Assembly: GCA_963667465.2 (NCBI GenBank) | Contig: CAXXDN010000001.1 | Location: 997,921 to 1,061,920, forward strand | DNA: 64,000 nt | Source of the DNA: Dehalococcoidia bacterium | GTDB taxonomy: Bacteria > Chloroflexota > Dehalococcoidia > UBA2979 | Direction: 5' to 3' | In this document: positions 8,917 to 18,589 of the stretch, piece by piece | How positions within the stretch are numbered: the stretch's first letter is position 1 | Layout of the letters: the number at the start of each line of letters is the position of its first letter | Notes under the pieces: model-generated | Told to the model about the DNA's origin: nothing | Database searches by the model: none | What the model saw: the letters and a program-made list of their open reading frames with translations, nothing else | Made by a program: the position numbers and the translations under genes

Positions 8917-10290
8917 TCAGTCCGCGGCAATCTCCTCGCGCAGCTCCGCGGCCACGCGCAGCGCCCGCGCCGCCTGTTCCGAGGCCTGGCTCGCGCTGTC
9001 GCCGGTGTAGCGCACGGGGTCCAGCAGCTCCGCGAGGCGCTCCGCGCTGAGGCGTGCCGCGACCTCCTCGTCCTTCGCGAGCAGCGAGGCAAACGACTCC
9101 CCGCTGCTGGCAGCCTCCTGCGCGGCCTCGTAGATCGCGTCGTGCGCGCGCTGCCGCCCGATCTCGCGCCCCAGCTCGAGCATCAGGCTCTCCGCCATGA
9201 TCAGCCCGCCCGAGAGCGCGAGGTTCTCCCGCATCCGCTCCGGGAAGACGCGCAGCCCCTCGGCCACGTCGAGCAGCCGCACGAGGATGTCGCCGCTCAG
9301 CTCAACCGCCTGCCGCAGCGCGCGGTCGATCATCATCGAGCGGCTGCCGTCGGCCTCGTGGTCCCCCAGCATCGCCTCGAGGGCGAGCGGGACCAACGAG
9401 CGCAGGTGTGTCTCGTCCGCGATGATGTCCTGGCAGAGCTTCGGGTTGCGCTTCTGCGGCATCGTGCTGCTGCCCACCGTGCCGGGCGGCACGGGCTCCT
9501 CGACCTCGCCGAACTCCTCCGCCATCAGCTTGCGCACCTCGCGCGCGGCCTTTCCGCAGCTCGTACCGAGCAGCGCGAGGGCGAGGACGTACTCCGTCAG
9601 ATGGTCGTAGATCGTGCGGCCGGGCAGCGGCATCGAGCCGAGCCCGAGCAGCTCGCCCATCCGCTGCTGCAGCGTAGCGGCGTGGCCCTCGAAGGAGGCG
9701 GCCGTGCCGGCGCCGCCGCCGAGCATCGCGACGAAGGCGCGCGGCTCCAGCTGCCGCAGCCGCTCCGCGTGGCGGCACAGCTCGTCGATCCACACCGCGA
9801 CCTTCGCCCCGAAGGTCGCGGGCACCGCGTGCTGCCCGTGCGTACGCCCCGCGATCACGTCGTCCTTCGTGCGCTCCGCGAGGCCGGCAAACGCCTCGAG
9901 CAGGTCCGCAAGCTCCGTGAGGATGATGCGGTGCGCCTTTCGCGTCTGCAGGATGCTGCCCGTCTGCCTGATGTTCTGCGTGGTCGCGCCCCAGTGGACG
10001 TAGCCGCCCGCAGCGCCCTCGCAGAGCCGGTCCAGCTCCCAGACCAGCGGCACGAGGCCGTGCCCGGTGACGCGCAGCCCCTCGGTGACGCGCTCGAGGT
10101 CGAACAGCTCGAGCCGCGCCTTGCGCGCGATCTCCGTTGCGGCCGCCTCGGGAATCATCCCGATCTCCGCCTGTGCGCGGGCCAGCGCTACCTCGACGTC
10201 GAGCCACGCCTGCCAGCGCGCCTCCTGCGTGTACAGCGCCCTGATGCCCGGTTCGCGGACGCGCAGCGCGGTCGGTCGTTCTCCGCTCAT
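8917..10290 (-). CDS. Adenylosuccinate lyase / 3-carboxy-cis,cis-muconate cycloisomerase family lyase
   Basis: HWGATTQ, GRTHGQHA, GSSTMPQKRNP fumarate-lyase signature. Confidence 0.9.
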   Translation of the reverse strand: MSGERPTALRVREPGIRALYTQEARWQAWLDVEVALARAQAEIGMIPEAAATEIARKARLELFDLERVTEGLRVTGHGLVPLVWELDRLCEGAAGGYVHWGATTQNIRQTGSILQTRKAHRIILTELADLLEAFAGLAERTKDDVIAGRTHGQHAVPATFGAKVAVWIDELCRHAERLRQLEPRAFVAMLGGGAGTAASFEGHAATLQQRMGELLGLGSMPLPGRTIYDHLTEYVLALALLGTSCGKAAREVRKLMAEEFGEVEEPVPPGTVGSSTMPQKRNPKLCQDIIADETHLRSLVPLALEAMLGDHEADGSRSMMIDRALRQAVELSGDILVRLLDVAEGLRVFPERMRENLALSGGLIMAESLMLELGREIGRQRAHDAIYEAAQEAASSGESFASLLAKDEEVAARLSAERLAELLDPVRYTGDSASQASEQAARALRVAAELREEIAAD

Positions 10291-10405
10291 CGTGTGCTCC
10301 TCGGCGCGCGCCGATGCTACGCGATCGGCGCCGCGACGAGCCCGCCAGGCGCTACGCTGCGCGCGACGCCGGCCTCGCGAGGGCCGGCGCCCGGACGGAG
10401 ACGCG

Positions 10406-11692
10406 ATGCGACTCGCCCTCGGCCCCGCAGGCGACCTCGTGCGCGGCAGGCTGTTCTACGGCTGGTACATCGCGCTCGCCGGCGCCTTCACCAGCTTCTT
10501 CACCTTCGGCGTCGTCGGCTTCGGCTTCGGCGTCTTCATCGAACCGATCCGCGAGGAAACCGGGTGGAGCCTCGCCGCGATCTCGGTCGGCTTCTCGCTG
10601 CGCAGCTTCGAGCACGGGCTGCTCGCCCCGATTACCGGCGCGCTCGTCGACCGCCTTGGAGCGCGCCGGATGGCGATCACCGGCGTGCTGATCGTTGGCG
10701 TTGGGCTGCTGCTCTTCTCGCAGGCGCGCGTGCTCTGGGTCTACTACATCGCGAGCCTCGTGATCGGCTCGGGCGAGAGCCTCGGCTCCTCTACGGCGTA
10801 CTCGGCGTCGCTGATGCGCTGGTTCGACCGCAAGCGAGGGCAGGCGCTCGGGCTGCTCGCCTCGGCGCGCGGCGCGGGCTACTTCATGGTGCCGGCGCTG
10901 GCGGTGCTGATCGGCGCCTTCGGCTGGCGCGCGACGCTGGTGATCGCCGCGTTCGTCATCGTGAGTGTCGCGCTGCCACTCTCGTTCGTGTTGCGCAACC
11001 GGCCGGAGCCATACGGCTACCGGCCGGACGGCGCACCGGCGCCGGCGACTGTGGACGCCTCGGCAGCCTCGGGCGCCGACTCGCTGGGCGACGGCATGAC
11101 GGTCGCCGAGGCGTTGCGCACGCCGGCGTTCTACCTGCTCGGCGCGGCCACGGCGATCGGCGGGGCGACGCAGATCAGCTGGATCGTGCACCAGGTGCCG
11201 CACCTCCAGAATGTCGGGTTCACGCTGCAAGGCGCCGCCCTGATCACCGGCGCGTACGGCCTGTTCCAGGTACCCCTGCGCTTCTTCTGCGGCTGGTTCG
11301 GCGACATCATCGGACGCCGCCGGCTGTACGTGATCGCCTACGTCCTGCAGAGCATCGGAATGCTGATCTTCGCCTGGCTCTCGCCGGATCGGATGTGGCT
11401 GCTGCCGGCCTACTTCCTCACCTTCCCGTTCGCGCACGCGGCCTGGGTGGCGATGTTCATGACGCTGGTCGCCGACTACTTCGGCACCCGCTACTTCGCC
11501 ACGATCCGCGGGCTGACCTCTACGATGATGATGCCGCTCGGCTTCGCCACGCCGGTCATCGCCGGCTGGGCGTTCGACGAGCTGGGCAGCTACCGGCTCG
11601 TCTTCACCGTATACGCGCTGGTCACCCTGATCGGGGCCGTCCTGCTGCTGCTGATCCGCCGCCCGAGCTGGGCGCAGCTCACCTCGCGCTGA
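10406..11692 (+). CDS. MFS transporter
   Basis: FYGWYI, GALVDRLGAR, RWFDRKRG, about 12 hydrophobic segments. ATG at 10406 follows GGAG. Confidence 0.9.
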   Translation: MRLALGPAGDLVRGRLFYGWYIALAGAFTSFFTFGVVGFGFGVFIEPIREETGWSLAAISVGFSLRSFEHGLLAPITGALVDRLGARRMAITGVLIVGVGLLLFSQARVLWVYYIASLVIGSGESLGSSTAYSASLMRWFDRKRGQALGLLASARGAGYFMVPALAVLIGAFGWRATLVIAAFVIVSVALPLSFVLRNRPEPYGYRPDGAPAPATVDASAASGADSLGDGMTVAEALRTPAFYLLGAATAIGGATQISWIVHQVPHLQNVGFTLQGAALITGAYGLFQVPLRFFCGWFGDIIGRRRLYVIAYVLQSIGMLIFAWLSPDRMWLLPAYFLTFPFAHAAWVAMFMTLVADYFGTRYFATIRGLTSTMMMPLGFATPVIAGWAFDELGSYRLVFTVYALVTLIGAVLLLLIRRPSWAQLTSR

Positions 11693-11772
11693 CGCGGCTG
11701 TGGCGGCCCGTCGCTAGACTGGCCCCGCGGATCGCAGGAGTGCGCCCCGGGCGCGCGAGGAACGGAGCAAGC

Positions 11773-12582
11773 ATGACGGACCAACGGCGCGTGCTGGTCA
11801 CGGGGCTCGGTGGTGCGGTCGGCGGCGCGATCCGCCCCGCCCTCGAGGAGCGCTACGAGGTCGTCGCGCTCTCGCGCGGCGGCGTCGAGGGCGTGCCCCC
11901 GGAGCGAAACGTCCGCGCCGACATCGCCGTGCTGGAGGAGATCGCGCCCGCCTTCGAGGGCGTCGACACGGTCGTCCACCTCGCGGCCTACGGCGGGGTG
12001 AACTCGCCGCGCGGGATGTGGGAGGCGGCCTGGGAGGACATCCTCCGCAACAACATCGAAGGCACCCGCAACGTCTTCGAGGCCGCCGTCGCGGCGGGCG
12101 TGCGGCGTGTCGTCTTCGCCTCGAGCGGCGCGACCATGAGTGGCTACCAGAGTTCGTCGCCCTACGCCGAGATCACACGCGGGGAGTACGACCGCGTGCC
12201 CTCGGAGTGGCGGATGCTGCGCCCCAGCGACGAGCCGAGGCCATTGAACCTCTACGCGGTCTCCAAGCTGTTCGGCGAGGATCTGGCGCGCCTCTATGTG
12301 GCGACGACCGACCTCTCGATCATCTGCCTGCGAATCGGCGCCTGTTCGCGGGACGGCCGGCCGCGCGAGGGCGATCCGTGGAACCAGGCGATCTTCGTCA
12401 GCCACCGCGACGTCACGGACCTGATCGTGCGCAGCATCGAGGCGCCCGAGGACGTGCGCTACGACATCTTCTTCGGCATCTCCAACAACCGCTGGCGGTT
12501 CCGCGATTTCAGCCACACCACCGAGGTGCTGGGTCACGTCCCGCAGGACGCCGCCGAGGACTTCCTCGGAGAACCTAACTGA
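11773..12582 (+). CDS. NAD-dependent epimerase/dehydratase (uronate dehydrogenase-like)
   Basis: VLVTGLGGAVG, VVHLAA, FASS, YAVSK, CLRIG. This is the 3' part of track ORF 9142..12582. Confidence 0.88.
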   Translation: MTDQRRVLVTGLGGAVGGAIRPALEERYEVVALSRGGVEGVPPERNVRADIAVLEEIAPAFEGVDTVVHLAAYGGVNSPRGMWEAAWEDILRNNIEGTRNVFEAAVAAGVRRVVFASSGATMSGYQSSSPYAEITRGEYDRVPSEWRMLRPSDEPRPLNLYAVSKLFGEDLARLYVATTDLSIICLRIGACSRDGRPREGDPWNQAIFVSHRDVTDLIVRSIEAPEDVRYDIFFGISNNRWRFRDFSHTTEVLGHVPQDAAEDFLGEPN

Positions 12583-12643
12583 GGGCGTCCCTATACTCGC
12601 GACCTGAACTCGCCACTGCGTGCGAACCGGATCGGAGCGAGCG

Positions 12644-13951
12644 ATGAAATTCGGCATCTTCCTGGAGATCCAGCACCCCCGACCGTGGACACCGGGCAGC
12701 GAGCAGCAGCTCTTCCAGAACACGATCGAGCAGATCGAGCTCGCCGACGAGCTTGGCATCGACTACGTCTGGGAGGTCGAGCATCACTTCCTCGAGGAGT
12801 ACTCGCACTCCTCCGCGCCCGAGATCGTGCTCGCGGCAGCGGCGCGCAACACGAAGCGGATCCGGCTCGGCCACGGCATCGTGGCGATGCCGCCCAACTA
12901 CAACCACCCCGCCCGCGTCGCCGAGCGCATCGCCACGCTCGACCTCGTCTCCGGCGGCCGCGTCGAGTTCGGCACCGGCGAGACCGCCTCGCGCAGCGAG
13001 CTCGAGGGCTACGGCGTGCCGCTCGAGGACAAGCGGTCGATGTGGCTCGAGGCCACCGAGCAGGCGGCGAACATGCTCGCGCTCGACCCCTATCCGGGCT
13101 ACCAGGGCGAGCACTTCTCGATGCCCTGCCGCAACGTGGTCCCGAAGGCCGTCCAGCGGCCCCACCCGCCGATGTGGATGGCCTGCTCCAACCGCGAGGC
13201 CGTGAAGCTTGCCGGCCGGCTCGGCCTCGGCGTGCTCTGCTTCTCCTTCCTCCCGCCCGGGGAGGTCGGTGCGTGGATCGACGACTACTACGACGCGATC
13301 AAGACGGAGTGCGTCCCGATCGGCCATTTCGTCAACGCCAACTTCGCGATCGCGGAGCCGCTCTGCCTCGGTCACGATGGCGACGCCGCCTTCGAGCGCG
13401 CGCTGCCCAACCGGCTGTTCTTCAGCACCGGCGTCGCGCACTTCTACGTCGCCGGCCGCCACACGCCCGGCCGCACCAGCCTCTGGAACATCTTCGAGGA
13501 CTCCCGCGAGCGCCTCGAGGCCGAGCACACGCGGCGTCGCCCGAGCTGCATCGGCACGCCCGAGGAGGCGAGCGAGGCGATCCGCCTGCTGATCAAGGCC
13601 GGGGCCGACCAGGTGATGCTCGGCGCACAGGCCGGTCGCTCCACGCACGAGGAGATCTGCGACTCGCTGCGCCTCTTCGCCGAGGAGGTGATGCCGGAGT
13701 TCAAGTCCGATGCGGAGGAGGAGCGCCAGGCCCGCAAGCAGGAGGAGCTGGCCCCGTACATCGAGGCCGCGCTCGAACGCAAGGAGTGGATGCAGCCGCT
13801 CGCCGACGACGAGATCCCGAGCTTCGAGCCGTTCGAACGGGCAGTCGTCCAGGCCGGGCAGGCCGAGGTCAACCAGCTGGAGCCGGACTCCTTCCAGGCG
13901 CTCAGCAAGGACCTGATCACCCGCGCCGGCGTCGTCCCGGAGGAGCGATAG
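12644..13951 (+). CDS. LLM-class flavin-dependent oxidoreductase
   Basis: MKFGIF, VEHHFLEEYSHSSAPE, RVAERIATLDLVSGGRVEFG. Confidence 0.92.
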   Translation: MKFGIFLEIQHPRPWTPGSEQQLFQNTIEQIELADELGIDYVWEVEHHFLEEYSHSSAPEIVLAAAARNTKRIRLGHGIVAMPPNYNHPARVAERIATLDLVSGGRVEFGTGETASRSELEGYGVPLEDKRSMWLEATEQAANMLALDPYPGYQGEHFSMPCRNVVPKAVQRPHPPMWMACSNREAVKLAGRLGLGVLCFSFLPPGEVGAWIDDYYDAIKTECVPIGHFVNANFAIAEPLCLGHDGDAAFERALPNRLFFSTGVAHFYVAGRHTPGRTSLWNIFEDSRERLEAEHTRRRPSCIGTPEEASEAIRLLIKAGADQVMLGAQAGRSTHEEICDSLRLFAEEVMPEFKSDAEEERQARKQEELAPYIEAALERKEWMQPLADDEIPSFEPFERAVVQAGQAEVNQLEPDSFQALSKDLITRAGVVPEER

Positions 13952-14041
13952 CGCTTCGGCCTCCCTTCGCACCGGCTGCGGGCGCCCCCGCTATGATGCG
14001 GCGGCAGCCTCGATGCTGCGTGCGCTGAAGGAGAGCGAATC

Positions 14042-15145
14042 GTGACCACCGGCCGCGTCGTCGTCGTCAAGGAGTACCGCCAGCCGTTCGTGATCGAGGA
14101 GTACGACTGCCCTGACCCGGAGCCGGGCGGACTGGTGCTGAAGATCACGCAGGCCGGGATCTGCGGCTCCGACCTCCATACCTGGCGCGGCGACCAGGTG
14201 AACATCCCGCTGCCAGAGAGCGGCCGCGTGATGGGCCACGAGGGCACCGGCGTCGTCTACCAGCTCGGCAAGGGCACGACGACGGATTCCAACGGCGTCC
14301 CGCTGCACGAGGGCGATCGCGTCATGTACTCGGCGATCAAGCCCTGTGGCAACTGTTACCAGTGCATGCGCGGCGAGCCCAACTGGTGCCCCTCCAGTCC
14401 CTACGCGGACGCCGGCGACTGGCCCTACTTCACCGGCACCTACGCCGACTACTACTGGATCCGCGCCAACCACCCCGTCTTCAAGGTGCCGGACGACCTG
14501 CCCGACTCCGTCCTCGGCTGGGTCAACTGCGCGATGGGCACGGTCACCGAGGGCCTGATGCGCGCCGGCGCCGCCGAGGGCGACTACGTGGTCATCCAGG
14601 GCGCGGGCGGCCTCGGCCTCAACGCCACGGCGATGGCGAAGGACATGGGCGCGCACCGCGTGATCGTCCTCGACCGCCTCGCCGACCGGCTCGAACTGGC
14701 CGAGGCGTTCGGCGCCGACTACACGATCAACATCACGGAGTACGACACGCCGGAGGCGCGGCTCGAGCGCGTCCTTGATCTCACCGACGGCCGCGGCGCC
14801 AACATCGCGATGGAGCTGGTCGGCAGGGCGGAGCTGCTGGTCGAGGGCGTCGGCTACCTCACCAACGGCGGCACGTTCATCGAGATCGGCGACATCGTGC
14901 GCGGCCGCACGGTCGAGTTCGACCCCTCGACGATCCTGCGTGGCAAGAAGATCATGGGCTCGCTGATGTACCGGCCGCACCTGCTGCCGCTGATGATGGA
15001 GACGCTGGTCAAGAACCAGGGCAAGGTGCCCTACGAGCGCATCGTCTCGAACGTGTACCCGCTCGACCAGGTCAACGCGGCCTTCGCCGAGGCGGAGTGG
15101 AACGAGCGCCAGACGGCCGTCTCGCGAGGCATGCTCGTGCCCTGA
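14042..15145 (+). CDS. Zinc-dependent alcohol dehydrogenase (MDR)
   Basis: GICGSDLH, GHEGTG, CxxCxxC-x7-C structural Zn site, GAGGLG. Confidence 0.92.
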   Translation: MTTGRVVVVKEYRQPFVIEEYDCPDPEPGGLVLKITQAGICGSDLHTWRGDQVNIPLPESGRVMGHEGTGVVYQLGKGTTTDSNGVPLHEGDRVMYSAIKPCGNCYQCMRGEPNWCPSSPYADAGDWPYFTGTYADYYWIRANHPVFKVPDDLPDSVLGWVNCAMGTVTEGLMRAGAAEGDYVVIQGAGGLGLNATAMAKDMGAHRVIVLDRLADRLELAEAFGADYTINITEYDTPEARLERVLDLTDGRGANIAMELVGRAELLVEGVGYLTNGGTFIEIGDIVRGRTVEFDPSTILRGKKIMGSLMYRPHLLPLMMETLVKNQGKVPYERIVSNVYPLDQVNAAFAEAEWNERQTAVSRGMLVP

Positions 15146-15175
15146 TCTCGCGGTGTCCGGACCTGCTGCTGCGCG

Positions 15176-16234
15176 CTACGGGCGCAGGACGGGGATGACC
15201 TCCTCGGCGAAGAGCTGCATCTGGTCCCTCACGACCTCGTGCGGCATGCCCCCGTAGCTGATCTCGAACGACCACCCGCTCAGGCCGCACGCCTCGCCGA
15301 GTTCCGACATGCGCTCGATGCACTGCTGCGGCGTCCCGATCACGGTGCGCTGCAGGCGCATCTCCTCGATGTCCTTCCACAGGCCCTCGCCGGACTGGTA
15401 GTAACGGTTCGCGTCACCCTCCAGGGACTTCCGTTCCCCGGTCCGTTCCTTCCCGGTGCTCCGGGTGAAGTTGAGGTAGTTGTAGAAGTACTGGTCCGCG
15501 CCCTCGAGCTGGCGCTCGTGCTCGACGATGCTCAGGTGGTACGTCCCGAGGATCTCGGCTGCGTCCGGGTCGTGTCCGGCGTTGGCCAGCTCCTCGCGGT
15601 AGATCTCCACGTACCCGCGCTGCCGCTCGGACGACTCGAGCAGGAACGGCGCGAGCAGCAGGTGGTAGCCGTTGCGGCCGGCCCAGCGGTAGGTCTCCGG
15701 CGTCGCCAGCGCGGAGACGTAGATCGGCGGCGTCGGCTGCTGTAACGGACGCGGCCGGAGCGTGTGCGTGTCGAACGACCAGTACTTGCCGTTGTGCACC
15801 ACGCCGTCCTCGGTCCAGAGCCGGCGGATCACCTCCCACGCCTCCTCGAAGCGCTCGCGCGACTGCTCGGAGGGCACGCCGACGGTCTCGAAGTCGTACT
15901 CGTAGATGCCGCGGCCGATGCCGAAGTTGAGCCGCCCGCCCGAGAGCAGGTCGACCGTCGCCCAGTGCTCGGCGCTCAGCACGGGGTGGCGCTGCGTGAT
16001 CAGCGCGACGGCCGTGCCGATGCGGATCCGTTCCGTGCGATCGGCCATTGCCTGCAACACGACCGGTGTCGAGGGGAAGGCGTAGCCCGGGTAGCGGTGC
16101 TCGGCGATCCAGACCGAGTCGTAGCCGAGTTCGTCGGCCCACGCCCATTCGGAGAGCATCCGCTCGTACCAGTCGCGGTACTCGCCGTGCAGGTCCGGGT
16201 AGTAGTCCGGGATGTAGCAGAAGCCAAATTGCAT
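15176..16234 (-). CDS. LLM-class flavin-dependent oxidoreductase
   Basis: WIAEH, RIRIGTAV, ATVDLLSGGRLNFGIGRG, PRPLQQPTPP. Confidence 0.92.
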   Translation of the reverse strand: MQFGFCYIPDYYPDLHGEYRDWYERMLSEWAWADELGYDSVWIAEHRYPGYAFPSTPVVLQAMADRTERIRIGTAVALITQRHPVLSAEHWATVDLLSGGRLNFGIGRGIYEYDFETVGVPSEQSRERFEEAWEVIRRLWTEDGVVHNGKYWSFDTHTLRPRPLQQPTPPIYVSALATPETYRWAGRNGYHLLLAPFLLESSERQRGYVEIYREELANAGHDPDAAEILGTYHLSIVEHERQLEGADQYFYNYLNFTRSTGKERTGERKSLEGDANRYYQSGEGLWKDIEEMRLQRTVIGTPQQCIERMSELGEACGLSGWSFEISYGGMPHEVVRDQMQLFAEEVIPVLRP

Positions 16235-16300
16235 CGCGGCACGCTCCCCTCGCGGCTATCGTAGCGGGCAACGTGGTCCAGTCGAGGAGGGCGGGCGCTG

Positions 16301-17173
16301 ATGCAGTTCTGGCAGTTCACCGGGTTCATGCCGGCGGAGCAGGTGCTCCCGCTCGCGCGGGCCTCCGAGCGTCTCGGCTTCGAGGGCATGGCGATCCCCG
16401 ATCACCTCTTCTACCCGCGCGAGATCACCCCCGCCTACCCCGGCACCGCCGACGGCGTGCCGTTCTGGCGCCCCGACACGCACTGGCCCGATCCCTGGGC
16501 GCTTGCCTCCGCGGTGGGCGCGGCGACGACGACGCTGCGCTGCATGACCGCCGTCTACATCGCGCCCGCGCGCGACCTCTTCACCGTCGCCAAGTCGATC
16601 TCCACCGCCGCCGTGCTCACCGAGGGCCGCATCGTGGCCGGGCTCGGCGCGGGCTGGTGCCGCGAGGAGTTCGAGCAGACCGGGCAGGCGTTCGCGGGCC
16701 GCGGCCGCCGCCTCGCCGAGATGATCGAGGTGCTGAGGCGCCTCTGGGCCGGCGGCTGGGTGGAGCACCACGGCGACTGGTTCGACTTCGACGCCCTGTC
16801 GATGGCGCCCGTCCCGCCCGCGCCCGTCCCGATCACCCTCGGAGGCCGTAGCGATGCCGCGATCCGGCGCGCTGCCCGGATCGCCGACGGCTGGGTCGGC
16901 GGCGGGTTCCCGGCGGAAGAGCTGCCCGCCATCATCAGCCGCCTGCACGGACTCCTCGAAGAACACGGGCGCGACCCGGCCGACTTCGAGATCACCATCC
17001 AGCCCCGCGAATGGCCGACCGTCGAGGTGCTCGACGAGCTCGGCCGCGCCGGCCTCGACGGCATCCGTATCCCCGCCTGGGAGCCGGCCGGCGAGGACTC
17101 GCCCGTCGAGGCAAAGATCGAGGCTGTCGAGCGCTTCGCGGAGGAGGTCATGCGCCCGCTCAACGGCGGCTGA
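16301..17173 (+). CDS. LLM-class, probably F420-dependent oxidoreductase
   Basis: PDHL, PDPWA, GLGAGWCREEF, GGRSDAAIRRAARIADGW. Confidence 0.88.
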   Translation: MQFWQFTGFMPAEQVLPLARASERLGFEGMAIPDHLFYPREITPAYPGTADGVPFWRPDTHWPDPWALASAVGAATTTLRCMTAVYIAPARDLFTVAKSISTAAVLTEGRIVAGLGAGWCREEFEQTGQAFAGRGRRLAEMIEVLRRLWAGGWVEHHGDWFDFDALSMAPVPPAPVPITLGGRSDAAIRRAARIADGWVGGGFPAEELPAIISRLHGLLEEHGRDPADFEITIQPREWPTVEVLDELGRAGLDGIRIPAWEPAGEDSPVEAKIEAVERFAEEVMRPLNGG

Positions 17174-17230
17174 TCCCGGCCGGTCGTGCTCCTCGTCGCC
17201 TCGCGCCCCGCGGGTCCCCGATTCCGCGGC

Positions 17231-17239
17231 TGCTACCAT
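17231..17239 (+). promoter_or_regulatory. Extended -10 element (TGCTACCAT) upstream of the CoA transferase
   Basis: Same 9-mer as in each arm of the 35255-35300 palindrome, about 40 nt before ATG 17280. Confidence 0.5.
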
Positions 17240-17279
17240 CCGGCCCCGGCACAGGGCAGGGCGGCGGCAGGAGGCGACC

Positions 17280-18566
17280 ATGGGCGGACCACTCGAAGGC
17301 ATTCGCGTGCTCGAGTTCACGCAGATCATCGCCGGACCGTTCTGCGGCGTCGCGCTCGCTGACTTCGGCGCGGACGTGGTGAAGCTGGAGCCGATCGACG
17401 GCGGGCCGTCGCGGATCCGCCGCAGCCCGATCCCGGGCGAGAACAAGACGTTCCACTCCCTCAATCGAGGGAAGCGCAGCATCGCGATCGACCTCAAGCA
17501 CGAGGCTGCGCAGCGCCTCATGCAGCGCCTCGTGCCGACCTTCGACGTGGTCGTCACGAACATGGGCTACGGCGCGGCGGCTCGCCTCGGCGTGGACTAC
17601 GAGACGCTGCGCCGCTACCGGGAGGATCTGATCTACGCCGAGAACACCGGCTTCGGCGGCCACGGCCGCAACGCCAGCCGGGCCGGCTCCGACATCGTGG
17701 CGCAGGCCTACAGCGGGCTGATGGCCGCCGAGGTCAAGTGCGACGAGCTGGGCGGCCCCGAGCTGGTGCAGTGCACGGGCATCGTCGACTACCCGGCCGG
17801 CATGGTCCTCGCGATGGGCGTCTGCGCGGCGCTTGTCCACCGCGCACGCACCGGCGAGGGGCAGCTCGTTCGCAGCTCCCTGCTCGCGACCGGCATGACG
17901 ATGATGGGCCGCGAGATCGCCCGCTCGCCGATCTTCGATACCGTCACGCGCGACCCGATGATGGAACGCGTCAACGCCGTGCGGGAGCGCGGCGGCGACT
18001 ACTGCGAGGTGGTCAACGAGCGCGGCGGCGTCTACGACCTGCTCGGCCCGCAGCTGCGCCTCTACTACGGCGGCTACGCCGTGCGCGACGGCGCGATCAT
18101 CATCGGCGCCCTCAGCGACCGGAACCGCGCCCAGATCCGCACCCTGCTCGGCATCGAGGACGACCCGACCGAAGACCTGGAGTTCGATGTCCTCGACCCG
18201 GCGAACCTGCCGGCCATCAATCACACGCGCCGCAAGATTGCCGAGGCGTTCCGCACGCGCAGCGCGAACGAGTGGATCGCCGAGCTCGACAGCCTCGGCG
18301 TGCCCGCCTCGAAGGTCTATCTCCCCGAGGAGCTGGCCGACGACCCGGGCGTCCAGGAAGCCGGCATCATGCTCGATGTCGAGCACGAGTTGACCGGCCC
18401 GGAGCAGTTCGTCGGGGCGCTCGTCGAGATGTCTGCCTCACCGACTGGCTCGCCCCGTCCCTCGCCCCTGCACGGCCGCCACACCAGCGAGGTGCTGGAG
18501 GAGGCGGGCCTCTCGGCCGAGGAGATCGATGGTCTGTATGAGCGAGGTGCGATCGCCTCGCAGTAG
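17280..18566 (+). CDS. CaiB/BaiF family III CoA transferase
   Basis: PLEGIRVLEFTQIIAGP, ADFGADVVKLEP, NRGKRSIAIDLK, DIVAQAYSG. Confidence 0.93.
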   Translation: MGGPLEGIRVLEFTQIIAGPFCGVALADFGADVVKLEPIDGGPSRIRRSPIPGENKTFHSLNRGKRSIAIDLKHEAAQRLMQRLVPTFDVVVTNMGYGAAARLGVDYETLRRYREDLIYAENTGFGGHGRNASRAGSDIVAQAYSGLMAAEVKCDELGGPELVQCTGIVDYPAGMVLAMGVCAALVHRARTGEGQLVRSSLLATGMTMMGREIARSPIFDTVTRDPMMERVNAVRERGGDYCEVVNERGGVYDLLGPQLRLYYGGYAVRDGAIIIGALSDRNRAQIRTLLGIEDDPTEDLEFDVLDPANLPAINHTRRKIAEAFRTRSANEWIAELDSLGVPASKVYLPEELADDPGVQEAGIMLDVEHELTGPEQFVGALVEMSASPTGSPRPSPLHGRHTSEVLEEAGLSAEEIDGLYERGAIASQ

Positions 18567-18589
18567 GCCCTGCCGGACAGGCGCTCGGG

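Noticed and set aside
9142-11772. Apparent 1146-aa fusion ending in an epimerase
   Set aside because: The 5' part overlaps the lyase and MFS genes. The real gene starts at ATG 11773 after a GGAG RBS.
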